NCBI RefSeq assembly: GCF_020745735.1
Contig: NC_083402.1
Coordinates: 68,710,004-68,774,003, forward strand
Length of the DNA stretch: 64,000 bases
Reading direction: 5' to 3'
Origin: Hemiscyllium ocellatum
Lineage: Eukaryota
Part shown: one piece after another, positions 40,886 to 52,890 of the stretch
Layout: the number at the start of each line of letters is the position of its first letter
How positions within the stretch are numbered: the stretch's first letter is position 1
The notes under the pieces: model-generated
Seen by the model: only the letters and a program-made list of their open reading frames with translations
The model's database searches: none
What the model was told of the DNA's origin: nothing
Translations under genes and position numbers: made by a program

Positions 40886-43800
40886 TTTCTTTTATTTCAA
40901 AAATATACTTTATTCATAAATACTTTGATGATCTATACAACTGGACATGCCGTACATATGTAAACATTCCATTTCTTTGCATACCAAAACAGAGTAATCA
41001 TTCCTATTTACAGGTCGGTATGATTACATTTTGAGCTGAGGTGTCAGCAGAGCCCAAATGACTGCGTGGGCCCCCTGTTCTTCTCAGACAGGCAGATGTT
41101 ACAAGGTGGTCTTGCCCCACGTCGCCTTGGCAGCAGTTGCCCCAAGCTTCAGCGCGTCCCTCAACACGTAGTCCTGAACCTTGGAATGTGCCAGTCTGCA
41201 ACACTCAGTCGGGGTCAACTCCTTCAGCTGGAAGATCAATAGGTCTCGGACCGCCCAGAGAGTGTCCTTCACCAAGTTGATGATCCTCCAGGCGCAGTTG
41301 ATGTTCGACTCAGTGTGCGTCCCAGGAACAGGCCATAGAGCACGGAGTCCTGCGTCACGGCACTGCTCATGATGAATCTCGACAAACACCACTGCATTCC
41401 TCTCCAGACTTCTTCTGCGTAGGCACATTCCAGAATGAGGTATGTGACAGTCTCATCCCCCCCGCAGCCGCTTCGAGGGCAGCGTGCGGTGTGGCTGAGA
41501 GTCCAGGTGTGCATAAAGGATCTCACAGGCAGAGCCCTTCTCACCACCAGCCAAGCCATGTCTTGGTGCTTGTTGGAAAGTTCTGGCAATGAGGCATTCT
41601 GCCAAATGGCTTTGACAGTCTGCTCAGGGAACTGCTCGATTGGATCCGCCCTCTCCTTTTCCCGAAGGGTCTCAAGGATACTACGTGCTGACCACTTCCT
41701 GATGGACTTGTGGCCAAGGTGTTTTTCTTCATAAGTTTCTCCACGAAGGGCAGGTGATAAGGAACGGTCCAACTACTCGGAGCGTTCCGCGGCAGCGAGG
41801 CCAGGCCCATCCTTCGCAACACCGGGGACAGGTAGAACCTCAGTACGTAGTGACACTTGGTGTTTGCCTACCGGGAATCCACACACAGCTTGATGCAGCC
41901 ACACACAAAGGTGGCCATCAGGGTGAGGGTGGTATTGGGTGTACTTTTTCCCCCATTGCTCCGGTCTTTGTACATTGTATCTCTTCGGACCCGGTCCATC
42001 TTTGATCTCCACGTGAAGTGGAAGATGGTCCAGGTGACTGTGGCGGCACAGGTTCTGGGAATAGGCCAGACCTGTGCCACATATAACAATACTGAGAGTA
42101 CTTCACACCTGATGACCAGGTTTTTTCCCGGGATGGAGAGCGACCGTTGCTCCCACCTGCCTAGTTTCTGTCTCATCTTCCTGATCTGCTCCTTGGCGCA
42201 CGCCCCAGCCCCCCCGAACCAAATACCCAGTACCTTCAGGTGGTCAGTCCTGACAGTGAAGGGGATAGAGGATTGGTCGGCCCAGTACCCGAAGAGCATG
42301 GCCTCGTTCTTGCCTCAGTTTACCTTGGCCCCCGAGGCCCGTTCGAACTGGTCACAGATGCACATGAGTCTGTGCACGGACAGCGGATCCGAGCAGAAAA
42401 CGGCAACGTCATCCATGTACAGAGAGGCCTTAACCTGTAGGCCCCTGCTGCCAGGAATAGTCACACCTCTCAGGCTCGCATCCCTGCTGATGGACTTGGC
42501 AAATGGCTCTATGCAACACACAAACAAGATGGGTGAGAGGAGGCAGCCCTGCCTGACTCCAGATCTTACAGGGAAGCTAGCTGATTCCCACCCATTGATT
42601 GAGACTGCACTGACAATGTTGGTGTAGAGCAGTCTGATCCAATTTCCGATTCCCTCCCCAAAGCCCATTTTGGAGAGGACATCCCTCATATGTGTATGCG
42701 ATATCCTGTCAAAGGCTTTCTCCTGGTCCAGGCTGATGAGGCAGGTGTCCACCCCCCTGTCCTGCACGTAGGCAATCGTGACCCTGAGGAGTGCAAGACT
42801 CTCAGAGATCTTCCTGCCCGGTACAGCACAGGTTTGGTCAGGGTGGATCCCAGAGCAGACCTGACCCAGTTGGCGATGACCTTTGACAAGATTTTGTAGT
42901 CTGTGTTTAACAGTGAGATTGGTCTCCAATTTTTGAGTTCCCCCCTCTCCCCCTTCTGCTTGTAGATGAGGGTGATGATGCCTTTCCTCATGGATTCACT
43001 AATGGTACCTGCCTGAAGCAAACTGACATACACCTCCAGCAGGTCCCGGCCAATCAAGTCCCAAAGAGAGGAATAGATCTCGACCGGTAAGCCGTCGCTT
43101 CCGGGAGTTTTATTCTTTTCGAAGGATTCGAGGGCCTTGGTCAGCTCGTCCAGAGATAGCGGCTGGTCCAACCTCTCCCGTGTTCTGTCGTCTATGACCT
43201 CCGTGATAGAGGACAGGAATAAATGGGAGGCTGCGCTGTCGGTCGGCTTCGCGTCATACAGACTGGCATAGAAGGATTTGCTGATCCTCATGACGTCAGC
43301 CTGAGATGACGTTACCGAGCCATCTTCTTCCTTCAGGCTGCTGAGCATGGAGCTCTCTTTGTGCACCTTCTGGAAGAGGAAACGTGAGCACGTCTCATCC
43401 TGCTCCACAGAGCGGACCCTGGACCGGAAGATTATCTTGGAGGCCTCCGAGGCAAAGAGCGAGGCTTGCTGGCCCTTCACTTCCTGGAGATCCTCCATGA
43501 TATCGACCCCCATCGTCTGCAGCAAGAGCAGGTTCTGCATACTTTCCTGGAGCTGGGACAGTTTTCCCCACCTCTCTCTCGCCTCCTGAACACCTTTGAG
43601 GATAAAGAACCTCTTGATGTTCCCTTTTACTGTTTCCCACCAGTCCGCTGGGGACTCAAAGAGGGGCTTCATGGTTCTCCAACCTGCGTAGTCCCTCTTG
43701 AGCTCCTCAATGTTTCCCAGGGTCAACAGCTTTGTGTTCAGCTTCCACGTTCCCTTACCAGCCCACTGCTCATCCTGTAGGCGACAGTCGGCCAGCAGGA

Positions 43801-45776
43801 GGCAGTGGTCAGAGAAGAACACAGGCTTGACGTCGGTGGTTCTGACCGAGAGCATTCGGGACACAAACAGGTAATCTATCCTTGAGTGAATAGACCCGTC
43901 TGCCCGTGACTAGGTGTATCTACGCTGTGCTCCATCTGCAGGGGTGCTGAAGACGTCATGCAGCTTGGCATCTTTAACCATTTCCATCAGGGCTCTGGAT
44001 GTGGCATCCAGTTTACTGTCCCCCCCGCCGGATCGTCCATCTGCATCAATGATACAGTTGAAGTCTCCGGCCAGAATGGCCGGCCTGGACGTAGCCAGCA
44101 ACAGTGGAAGCTGCTACAGGACGGCCAACCGTTCACTCTTATCCACTGGGGCGTACATGTTGATTAGTCTTACGGGAGCTTTTCTGTATTTAACATCCGT
44201 GACGAGGAGGCGTGCGCCCACCACCTCCTTAACCTCGGAGATGGTGAAGTTGCCTCCCCACAACAGGATACCCAGGCCTGAGGAGCAGTTATCGTTGTCC
44301 CCAGACCACACTGACGGCCCATGGGCCCACAAGCTCGACCACCTCCTGTAACTGCTGAGGTGCGGTATCCCACACTCCTGCAGAAACAGGACATCGGCTT
44401 TGACGTTGGTCAGGAAGGCCAGCGTTGAATCACATCTCGCAGCAGATTTGATGCTGCGCACATTAATACTGGCAATTTTAATCCCCATTTCTTTTGCCAA
44501 GTTGTGAGATTACCCGTGTCCAATTGCCGCTGGTCCTGCCCCTCTGGGGTAGCTGTCTGCATCCCCATGCAGAACACGAACTGCTGGACCCTCGCAGCGC
44601 TGAGGTAGCTGTCCAGCTCCTCACTCGGTCCATTTGCCAGCTCCGGTGTCATCGGGCTGCGACCAAGTTCCACGCTGTCTGCTTCTATATCTGACAGCCG
44701 GGCTGTCAGGAGGTCGCTGCTCCCAGTGACCTGGAACTGTGTGGCGGTGGGGCCCTCCTGGCTTTCACCTGGCGGGGGTGGTAGCTTCCCATTGCCTCAG
44801 GAAGTTCGTCCGTTGGTGGGCAGTTGCTGCTCTCCTTTCTCCCCGCAGCACTCTGCCTCTTCTTTTGGTGACGACCCTCCTTACGTCCGTCCTCACCCTC
44901 CGAAGAGCTGTCCGTGTCTTCCCCATGCAGCTGCCTTTTCCCCTTTTTCTGGGAGGTTTGGCGGCCGGGTGGGTTTTCCTCCTCTTGTTTTGCACCAGGA
45001 TCTATTCCTCTGCCTCCTTCTTTCCCTTCTCCTCCTCCTCCGCCTGTCCTGTCGGAGCATTGCTCAGCAGCTGTCCCTCTCCAGTAGCTATCGTCTGCTC
45101 TGCTCCGGCCTGTCCTTCTTTTTGCGTGCCCCCAGACACTGTTCCCTTGCTGGTTTGTGGCCTACCCCCAGCCATCTGCGCGTAGGTGGCGGCCCCACAT
45201 CTTGGGCAGGCCTTGTACACGTGGCCTGCCTCCCCGCACAGATTGCAGTTCTTGACCTCCTTGCTTTCTTTGGTCGGGTGGCCCTCCTTCTTGCAGTTCC
45301 GACAGATCGTGACCTTGCAGTCCGCCGCCATGTGGCCTGACCTCCCGCAGGTTCGGCACACTTTCCCTGCCCTGCATAAGTCAGGTACCCTCTGCTCCCT
45401 CTGATAGCAAAGCTGGAGGGTGGGTGGAGGATGTTCCCGCTGGCATCAACCCTCAGGGTTACCTTGACCTGTCGTTTGCTGGTCCAGATCCCGAGAGGGT
45501 CAACCATGTCAGTGCTTTCTCCCTCAACCTGCATATATCTCCTCAGGAACGTTGGGACATCAGTTGCTGGAACATAGGGGTTGTACATGTGGATCGTGAC
45601 AACCCGACTCCTCTGTGCAGGAAGCACACACAGCGGGACCGCCGACAAGATGGAGAACAGCGGCTCACCTTCCGTTTACTTGAAGACCTTCAGGAGCTGC
45701 TCGCATTGCTTCATGCTCATGAAGGTGACATCGAAGTAGCCTGCCCCAGGGAAATCCTGCAGGCAGTACACATCCT

Positions 45777-47118
45777 TTTTTTTAATTTCAAAATATACTT
45801 TATTCATAAAATAATTTGATGGTCTGTACAGTTTGTCATGCCGTACATACGTAAACATTAACATACAGAGATCAGAATTTATCATTGTTATATACAGGTC
45901 TGTACATTTTTCAATCATATCCCCATATATTTAGCTGAGGCGTCAGCAGAGCCCAAATGACTGCGTGGGCCCCCTGTTCTTCTCAGACAGGCAGATGTTA
46001 CACTGTGGTCTTTCCCCACCGTGCCTTGGCGGCAGCTGCCCCAAGCTTCAGCGTGTCCCTCAACACGTAGTCCTGGACCTTGGAATGTGCCAGTCTGCAA
46101 CACTCAGTCGGGGTCAACTCCTTCAGCTGGAAGATCAACAGGTTTCCGACCACCCAGAGAGCGTCCTTCACCGAGTTGATGATCCTCCGTGCACAGTTGA
46201 TGTTTGTCTCGGTGTCCATCCTGGGGAACAGATCGTAGAGCACGGAGTTCCGCGTCACGGCGCTGCTCGGGACGAACCTCAACAAACACCACTGCATTCC
46301 TCTCCAGATTTCTTCTGTGTCGGCACATTCCAGAAGGAGGTGTGTGACAGTCTCGTCCCCCCCTCAGCCACTTCGAGGGCAGCGTGCGGTGTGGCTGAGA
46401 GTCCAGGCGTGCATAAAGGATCTCACAGGCAGAGCCCTTCTCACCACCAGCCAAGCCATGTCTTGGTGCTTGTTGGAAAGTTCTGGCAATGAGGCATTCT
46501 GCCAAATGACTTTGACAGTCTGCTCAGGGAACCGCTCGATTGGATCCGCCCTCTCCTTTTCCCAAAGGGTCTCAAGGACACTGCGTGCTGACCACTTCCT
46601 GATGGACTTGTGGTCAAAGGTGTTTTTCTTCATAAACTTCTCCACGAAGGACAGGTGGTACGGAATGGTCCAACTACTCGGAGCGTTCTGCGGCAGCGAG
46701 GCCAGGCCCATCCTTCGCAACACTGGGGACAGGTAGAACCTCAGTACGTAGTGACACTTGGTGTTTGCGTACCGGGGATCCACGCACAGCTTGATGCAGC
46801 CACACACATAGGTGGCCATCAGGGTGAGGGTGGGATTCGGTGTATTTTTTCCCCCGTTGCCTAGATCTTTGTACAGCGGGTCCTTTTGGACCTGATCCAT
46901 CTTTGATCTCCATATAAACTGGAAGATGGCCCGGATGACTGCATCGGCACAGGTTCTGGGAATAGGCCAGACCTGTGCCATGTATAATAGCAATGACAGT
47001 GCCTCACACCTGATGACCAGGTTTTTTCCCGCGATGGAGAGTGACCGTAGCTTCCGTCTGCCTAGTTTCTGCCTCACTTTGCTGATAAGCACCTCCCAAG
47101 GCGCACGCCTTCAGATGG
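45777..47118 (-). mobile_element. 5'-truncated Tx1 copy nested inside ORF1 of the full-length Tx1
   Basis: 8-bp TSD CACATCCT at 45769-45776 and 47119-47126; has its own A-tail; ORF 46364-47092 duplicates the ORF2 C-terminus. Confidence 0.95.
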
Positions 47119-47427
47119 CACATCCTCTGCAGCGAACCCACAAGAATCGAGCAGAATCTTCTTGACGAACACTATCCGATCGACCGGTGTACACTCCTCC
47201 AGGGTGACTATCCACTCTGACTATGTTGCGAACGCCCTGGACCGTGGTGCGGGCAGCTGTTGAGGCCATAGCTCTGAGGTTGGCTGGTCTCCGAATTGGC
47301 GTTAGGCCGAAGCCAGCATGAAGATCCGCCAATAGCAGGTCAGCACAACCAAACGATCCTCCAACATCCAATCACAATCCAGTGATGATCTCCACTAGCT
47401 CTGATGACTCGCAACTCGACCCCCGTC

Positions 47428-47464
47428 CTGATAAGAACAGACATTTGATCTTAGCCAAAAGGCC
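47428..47464 (-). pseudogene. U2 snRNA 5' fragment (about nt 11-52, 5-nt internal deletion) fused to the Tx1 5' end
   Basis: Minus strand reads GGCCTTTTGGCTAAGATCAA-atg-TCTGTTCTTATCAG versus recalled vertebrate U2 GGCCTTTTGGCTAAGATCAA-GTGTAGTA-TCTGTTCTTATCAG. Confidence 0.9.
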
Positions 47465-47465
47465 A

Positions 47466-47563
47466 AATGTTCAAACTCCACAGACGGTCACCCAAGGCTC
47501 AAATCGAACCCAGGCCCTTGGTGCTGTGAGGCAGCAGTGTTAACCAGAGCCACTATGCTGCCC
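47466..47563 (-). mobile_element. HE1-type SINE, 5' half (tRNA-derived head)
   Basis: Minus strand GGGCAGCATAGTGG...GGTTCGATT...GTGGAGTTTGAACATT; joins the half ending at 40885. Confidence 0.85.
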
Positions 47564-47974
47564 GTATGACTGCCTGTAAATTTTTCACCTGTAGCCCAAT
47601 CAGATTTAGTGTGATTTGGTGCAGTCTAAAAGCTCACTTCCCTCTGTCTAAGCAGTAGGCTTTCATCCTAATCTGAGGGGAGTAAGGCCTACTGTTTGGA
47701 TGTGAGTGATCTCAATTTGCAAATCAGACATCTGATTGGCTCCTGAATGAGTTTATCAAGTGGAATTCAGTTGTCAGCAGTTTGTTTTGAACCTGATCTT
47801 GGCATTCTTCACCAAGGCTGTATTTTATGATTTTTGATTTGATTTATTTTTGTCACAAGTACTGAAATACAGTGAAAGGTATTGTTTTGTCTGATAACCA
47901 GACAAATCAGACCTTACATAAGTATATCAGGGTAATAGAACAGAATGCAGAATATATTTTTACAGCTACAGAGA

Positions 47975-48285
47975 ATCATGGAAACCCTAGAGTGTGGAAG
48001 CAGGCCATTCAGCCCATTAAGTCCACACCAACGGTCTGAAGAACATCCCACCCAGACCCACTCTGATGCCCTATCCCTGTAACCTTGCATTTCCCATGGC
48101 TAATCCACCTAACCTACACATCTCTGGACACTATGGGTAATTTAGCGTGACCAATCCATCTAACTTGCACATCTTTGGACTGTGGGAGGAAACCAGAGAG
48201 TGTGGAGACAGTGAAAATGTCAGCCAAGGGTACCAAGGGTAGAATCAAACCTGGGTCCCAGCTAATCACTGAACCACCATACTGT
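47975..48285 (-). mobile_element. Degraded HE1-type SINE
   Basis: Contains ttggactgtgggaggaaaccag and other segments complementary to the SINE at 52085. Confidence 0.7.
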
Positions 48286-51200
48286 TGTTTGAGAAGGTGC
48301 AGAGGAAGATCAACTATGATATATGAGAGGTCTGTTCAGAAATCTGATAACAGCCGAATCTGTTGTTGCGCATATTCAAAGTTTTGTATCTTTTACCTGA
48401 TGGAGAGAAACAGAAAAATGTATAACCGGGGTGGGGGGGATCTTTGATTGTGTTAGCTGCTTTCCTGAGACAGCGGTCTTAGGCAGAGCAGATGCCATGT
48501 CAAACTGTGATACATCCAAAATGATTTGGAGGTGCTAGTGTTGGACTGGGGTGGACAAAGTTAACTTAAATCACACAACACCAGTGCAACAGGTTTGTTT
48601 GGTATGTTCCAAAAACCAGTACTTCCAAATAAACCTGTTGGACTATAACCTGGTGTTGTGTTATTTTTAACTTTGTATACGTAGTTAGATTGCTCTCTAA
48701 GGTGGGTGTAGAAGTCATTGTGCACTTACTGAATTCCCTTAGCCTTCTGAGGAAATAGAAGCGGTGGGGTGCTTACTTGACTGCAGCATCAATGTGGATG
48801 GCCCAGGACAGATTGTTGCTGATATTTACTCCCAGGAACTTGAAGCTCTTGACCACTTCCATCTCAGCACCACTGATACAGACAGGAGTGTGTCCTAAAT
48901 GCACCTCAAGCCACTGTTTTGTTTTTCCAGTGAGTGCAACACTGTACTTGGATCATGAATTTCCCTTGAATTGAGACTTTTCATGTGACCCTTATAATTA
49001 TGAGGATGGAGACACTCCCAGCACATCCATCTCGGGTGGAATAAAACATAGGCTTGGGAAATGAAAAATCAAATTGCAGAGGGCTCTCCCACAATTTCAT
49101 GTTTAAGTAGAGCTTTGAGATTGCTGAGGAAGCCACTATATAACCTGGGTTTGTCTATAAATGTACATAATGTAAAAAAAAACAAGAATGGAAATGCACA
49201 GATATAGTAAATATGTGAAAAACATATTTATTTTTCAATTTGTCAATACCTTACTACAGCCTGGACTTGTGCATTAAACGGCACTGAAAAATATTGGGGA
49301 GTTAGCAGTGGTAAAAGTCTTCTTTTGCTGTTTAGTGTGCAATTTTCAGACAAGGGCAATACAACCTACCATCACATCAATGTAGCTAAGACTCCTTTCT
49401 GGGTTTTCCTGCTGCAATCTCACGTCCTAGAATCTTTCGACAGCTTTCACTGTTTTAACCCTGGAAACTGGCAGGTGGGCATTCATCAGGGTCTAACTCC
49501 ACATCCTCACCATAATGCCATGACTTGAATTGGCCCAGCTATCCATCACTGCAGCTGTATTGCTATGGCCCTGGCTCTTTGCCAGTGTGATTCCTATTGC
49601 CTGCAGCATTGGTCAGAGTTGGGAATTCTCTGCCGCAGCTGGTACAGCCACCCTGCTTGGATCAGATGGTTAGGATCACATGGTTACATTACCATGTGTA
49701 CACAGACTTGATTAACGTGAAGCTACCAATCTGAAATTATTAGATTTCTTATTCTGCTGCGAGAATGGCTGACAACTTTATCACAGTCGGAGTTTCAGGT
49801 TATCTGGATTTGACTCATGATTTCACTCTACACTGACCCAATGCACCAGTACCTCTCCTATTGTTTCACTTCTAGATATGGATTCAGCTCCGCATATATC
49901 AATGAGATTCCTGCTCGTACGAATTCATTGTGTATATCAGAATCAGGTGCAGCAGGATCAGTTCAGATATGGAGCATGCTTTGGAGTTAATTGATGATCT
50001 TAGTTTCTGTTACTGGATTGCCAGTTTTAATGTGCTTCTATAAAAAAAAATCTGGCATGCAACTGCCATATCAAGACTTGGTCACACAGTTCCCAGCCAG
50101 CTTTCCAGTGTAATACTGAGGCACTGCTACACTCCAAGAGCTGCTGTCTTTTGATGAAATGTTAAACCATTGTCTTGATGGTTCATTTGGATGGTCAAGA
50201 TCCTTGGCACATTTTTAATCAATATTCAAATTAGTATCACTGTCATTTATCGCATTATTGGGATATCTGGCACAAAGCAACTGCTACTTTTACATAAATC
50301 ACACTTCTAAAGTATAGTGAACTTATATGAAATGTTTTAATTTGATTGGGGTGCCAAATTAATTCAAATATCATATAGATGTGGTAATATTGATTTAAAA
50401 GTAGAAAGTCTATCCTGTCCCCATGTTGATCTTACATTATTGTAGTGCCCTATATCATCCTCAGCTCATCCCAAACTGTTGTGCATTAGATTCTGTTTGA
50501 AGTGTGAGTGGTTGAAGGAGATGACAGCACCTTTACAGTTAAAATATTGATCAATCCATGAAACAGAAATTGAAAGATAATACTTCCTTGCAGATTTAAA
50601 ATCAGAGTGGTCCGAACAAAATGCAAGGCTGGACTTTATGGAGGAAACAGTTCCAAAGATAAAGAACTGCTTCAAAGTTGAATACTAAATCAGAAGCGGA
50701 ACAAATGATGGGTATATGAATAGGAAGGGTTTCGAGAGATATGGGCCAAGTGCTGGCAAATGGGACTAGATTAATTTAGGATATCTGGTCAGCATGGATG
50801 AGTTGGACTGAAGAGTCTGTTTCTGTGCTGTACCTCTCTATGACTTTTAAGTTGCTGCACTACTAAATTTAATAGGTTCTATAGCTGATTATGTTATAAA
50901 TCACCGGAAGATAAAGGTAGGTAGAGACACTAAAGAATAGCAGCCGTTGACAACAGCAAACATGCCCAAGCACTATTCGTTTGGTTTGGTCACTTTTTGT
51001 CATTTCCTGAAGTTGTTTCTCAACTTGATTCATTAAGAATGTTTCGAAGAATAACGAAGAATCTTTCCTTAACAATATGTTATATTCATTACTGAGTTTG
51101 CCTGATTCTGTGAAACAATTTTTGATAGTATGTCTCAAAGAAACTTTTCTCCTTATGCTTTTCAGACTTTTTGAGGAAGATTGAGGACACAGTATGCTTT

Positions 51201-52084
51201 CTTGCTCAATAGTCTGGTTTCCTTCACCTCAATGATTGATGCATTCTCTACTATCTGACATCCTTTATGTTGTAAGATTAATTGCAGCTGTAGATTTGCA
51301 GGTTATAACTTCTTTTTTTCAAGCCTTAGCATTTGTTTGAATAATCCAGTCATACTTCCCCCTGTATCAAGCTTAAATTGAGTACGATATCCAGTGACAT
51401 AAGTAAATTCAGTCTTTTCGATAATGGTGGATCTCCTGTATGCTACAGGAATGCTTTGAGTATCTCTTCCAATGGAGTTATATCTTCACATGAGGGTTTC
51501 TTTTTTAACGGAGATGGCTGATCTAGTGTATTAAGATCTCTATGTTAGTACGTCCACTGTTCTGGAACTTGTTTCAGACCCTACACATCTTTTGGATTTT
51601 ACCCTTTTTTTAACAGATGCAATACACTTTGTCACAGCTGAACACTGCTTTTAGCCTGTCAGGCATTTTATGTCCCACCACATTAACACTGACTCGAAGT
51701 ATTTGATCTCATGCTTTTTTTTTGTTGCCTTGTCATATATCTGTTTAGAATGTGTGTGTGTGTAATGTTAATAAAGTTCTGTACTTCTTATATGGCAAGG
51801 TTGTTCTTTTCCTGTGAGGAGTTTTCTGTGATTTTCCCTCGTGTCTGCTTCACGGTCTCTGCGTGATTTGTACAGTTATGTTTCCTTTGGTCTGTAATCT
51901 GTCTGACAAAGACTGACCAAGTATTCCTCCATGAATTGTGACCTTTATGAACTTGGTCTGCAAGGTTCTATGTACACAGGTTTCAGCTAATTTGGAGTGG
52001 TCACTCATAAAATTGTCTCTGAAATCCATCTTGCCTGTTGAAGAATTGTATTTGTTCTCAAGTAAAAGTATTGCCAAAGTTTTT

Positions 52085-52392
52085 GGGCGGCACGGTGGCA
52101 CAGTGGTTAGCACTGCTGCCTCACAGCTCCAGGGACCTGGGTTCAATTCCCGCCTCAGGCGACTGTCTGTGTGGAGTTTGCACGTTCTCCCCGTGTCTGC
52201 GTGGGTTTCCTCCAGGTGCTCTGGTTTCCTCCCACAATCCAAAGATGTGCGGGTTAGGTGAATTGGCCATGCTAAATTGCCCGTAGTGTTAGGTAAGGGG
52301 TATGGGTGGGTTGCGCTTCGGCGGGTCGGTGTGGACTTGTTGGGCCGAAGGGCCTGTTTCCATATTGTAAGTAATCTAATCTAATCTAATCT
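52085..52392 (+). mobile_element. Intact HE1-type tRNA-derived SINE (V-SINE superfamily)
   Basis: A box TGGCACAGTGG, B box GGTTCAATTCC, central GTGGAGTTTGCACGTTCTCCCCGTGTCTGCGTGGGTTTCCTCC domain, (TAATC)n tail. Confidence 0.93.
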
Positions 52393-52518
52393 TTTTATAA
52401 CATAATCAAATCTTCTGGTGATTTATAACATCATCAACTATAGGACCAATTAAATATAGTGGTTAGTAACTTGTTCTGCTTCTGAGTTAGTGTTCAGCTT
52501 TGAAGCAGTTCTTATCTT

Positions 52519-52890
52519 AGTTAAAAATCACACAACACCAAGTTACAGTCCAACAGGTTTAATTGGAAGCACACTAGCTTTCGGAGCGACGCTCCTTCAT
52601 CAGGTGATAGTGGAGGGCTCAATCCTAACACAGAATTTATAGCAAAAATTTACAGTGTGATGTAACTGAAATTATACATTGAAAAATTGATTGTCTGTTA
52701 AGCCTTTCATCTGTTAGAATACCGTGATAGTTTCACATCTTTCATGTGTAAATCACAAAACCTTTTTTTAAAAAGTTGCCTTCTCGGGACAGCTGTTAGC
52801 AATGGTGATGGTTAGACAATATGTTGAACTTGTTGGCTCCTTGTGTTCTCTGTCTATGACCTGATGTTTAGATTGATTCTAATCTAAAAA
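52519..52890 (-). mobile_element. Penelope-like 3' terminal fragment with hammerhead motif (52572-52606)
   Basis: Near-identical to 62783-63155. Flanked by imperfect direct repeats GTTCT(T)TATCTT (52508-52518 and 52891-52902). Confidence 0.85.

Larger units (their letters stand above)
40886..47465 (-). mobile_element. Full-length Tx1-clade LINE (Keno-like, U2-headed), inactivated
   Basis: U2 fragment at the 5' end. ORF1 starts at MASTAARTTVQGVRN (about 47269) and has CCHC-type knuckles at 45.2-45.36 kb. ORF2 from about 44488 has an APE endonuclease (ASINVRS, LQEC, GDFNC, SDH), RT (KAFDRI, RQGC.LSP, YMDD) and a C-terminal Cys motif, ending at 41099. Stops at 44114 and 43910 plus frameshifts. 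3'UTR, AATAAA and A-tail at 40886. Confidence 0.95.

Noticed and set aside
41857-45340. Long plus-strand ORFs (256 aa, 204 aa and others)
   Set aside because: Antisense shadows of the GC-rich Tx1 ORFs.
47428-47464. Functional U2 snRNA gene
   Set aside because: Only 37 nt; lacks nt 1-10, the branch-pairing region, the Sm site and the 3' stems.
45777-47465. A separate internally deleted Tx1 in tandem with the first
   Set aside because: The 8-bp TSD and ORF1 continuity show a nested insertion instead.
49325-50000. Possible extra exon of the Myb/SANT gene
   Set aside because: No convincing open phase 1-1 exon with good splice sites was found by eye; cannot be excluded without RNA-seq.
52085-52160. 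tRNA gene
   Set aside because: The A/B boxes belong to the tRNA-derived head of an HE1-type SINE.
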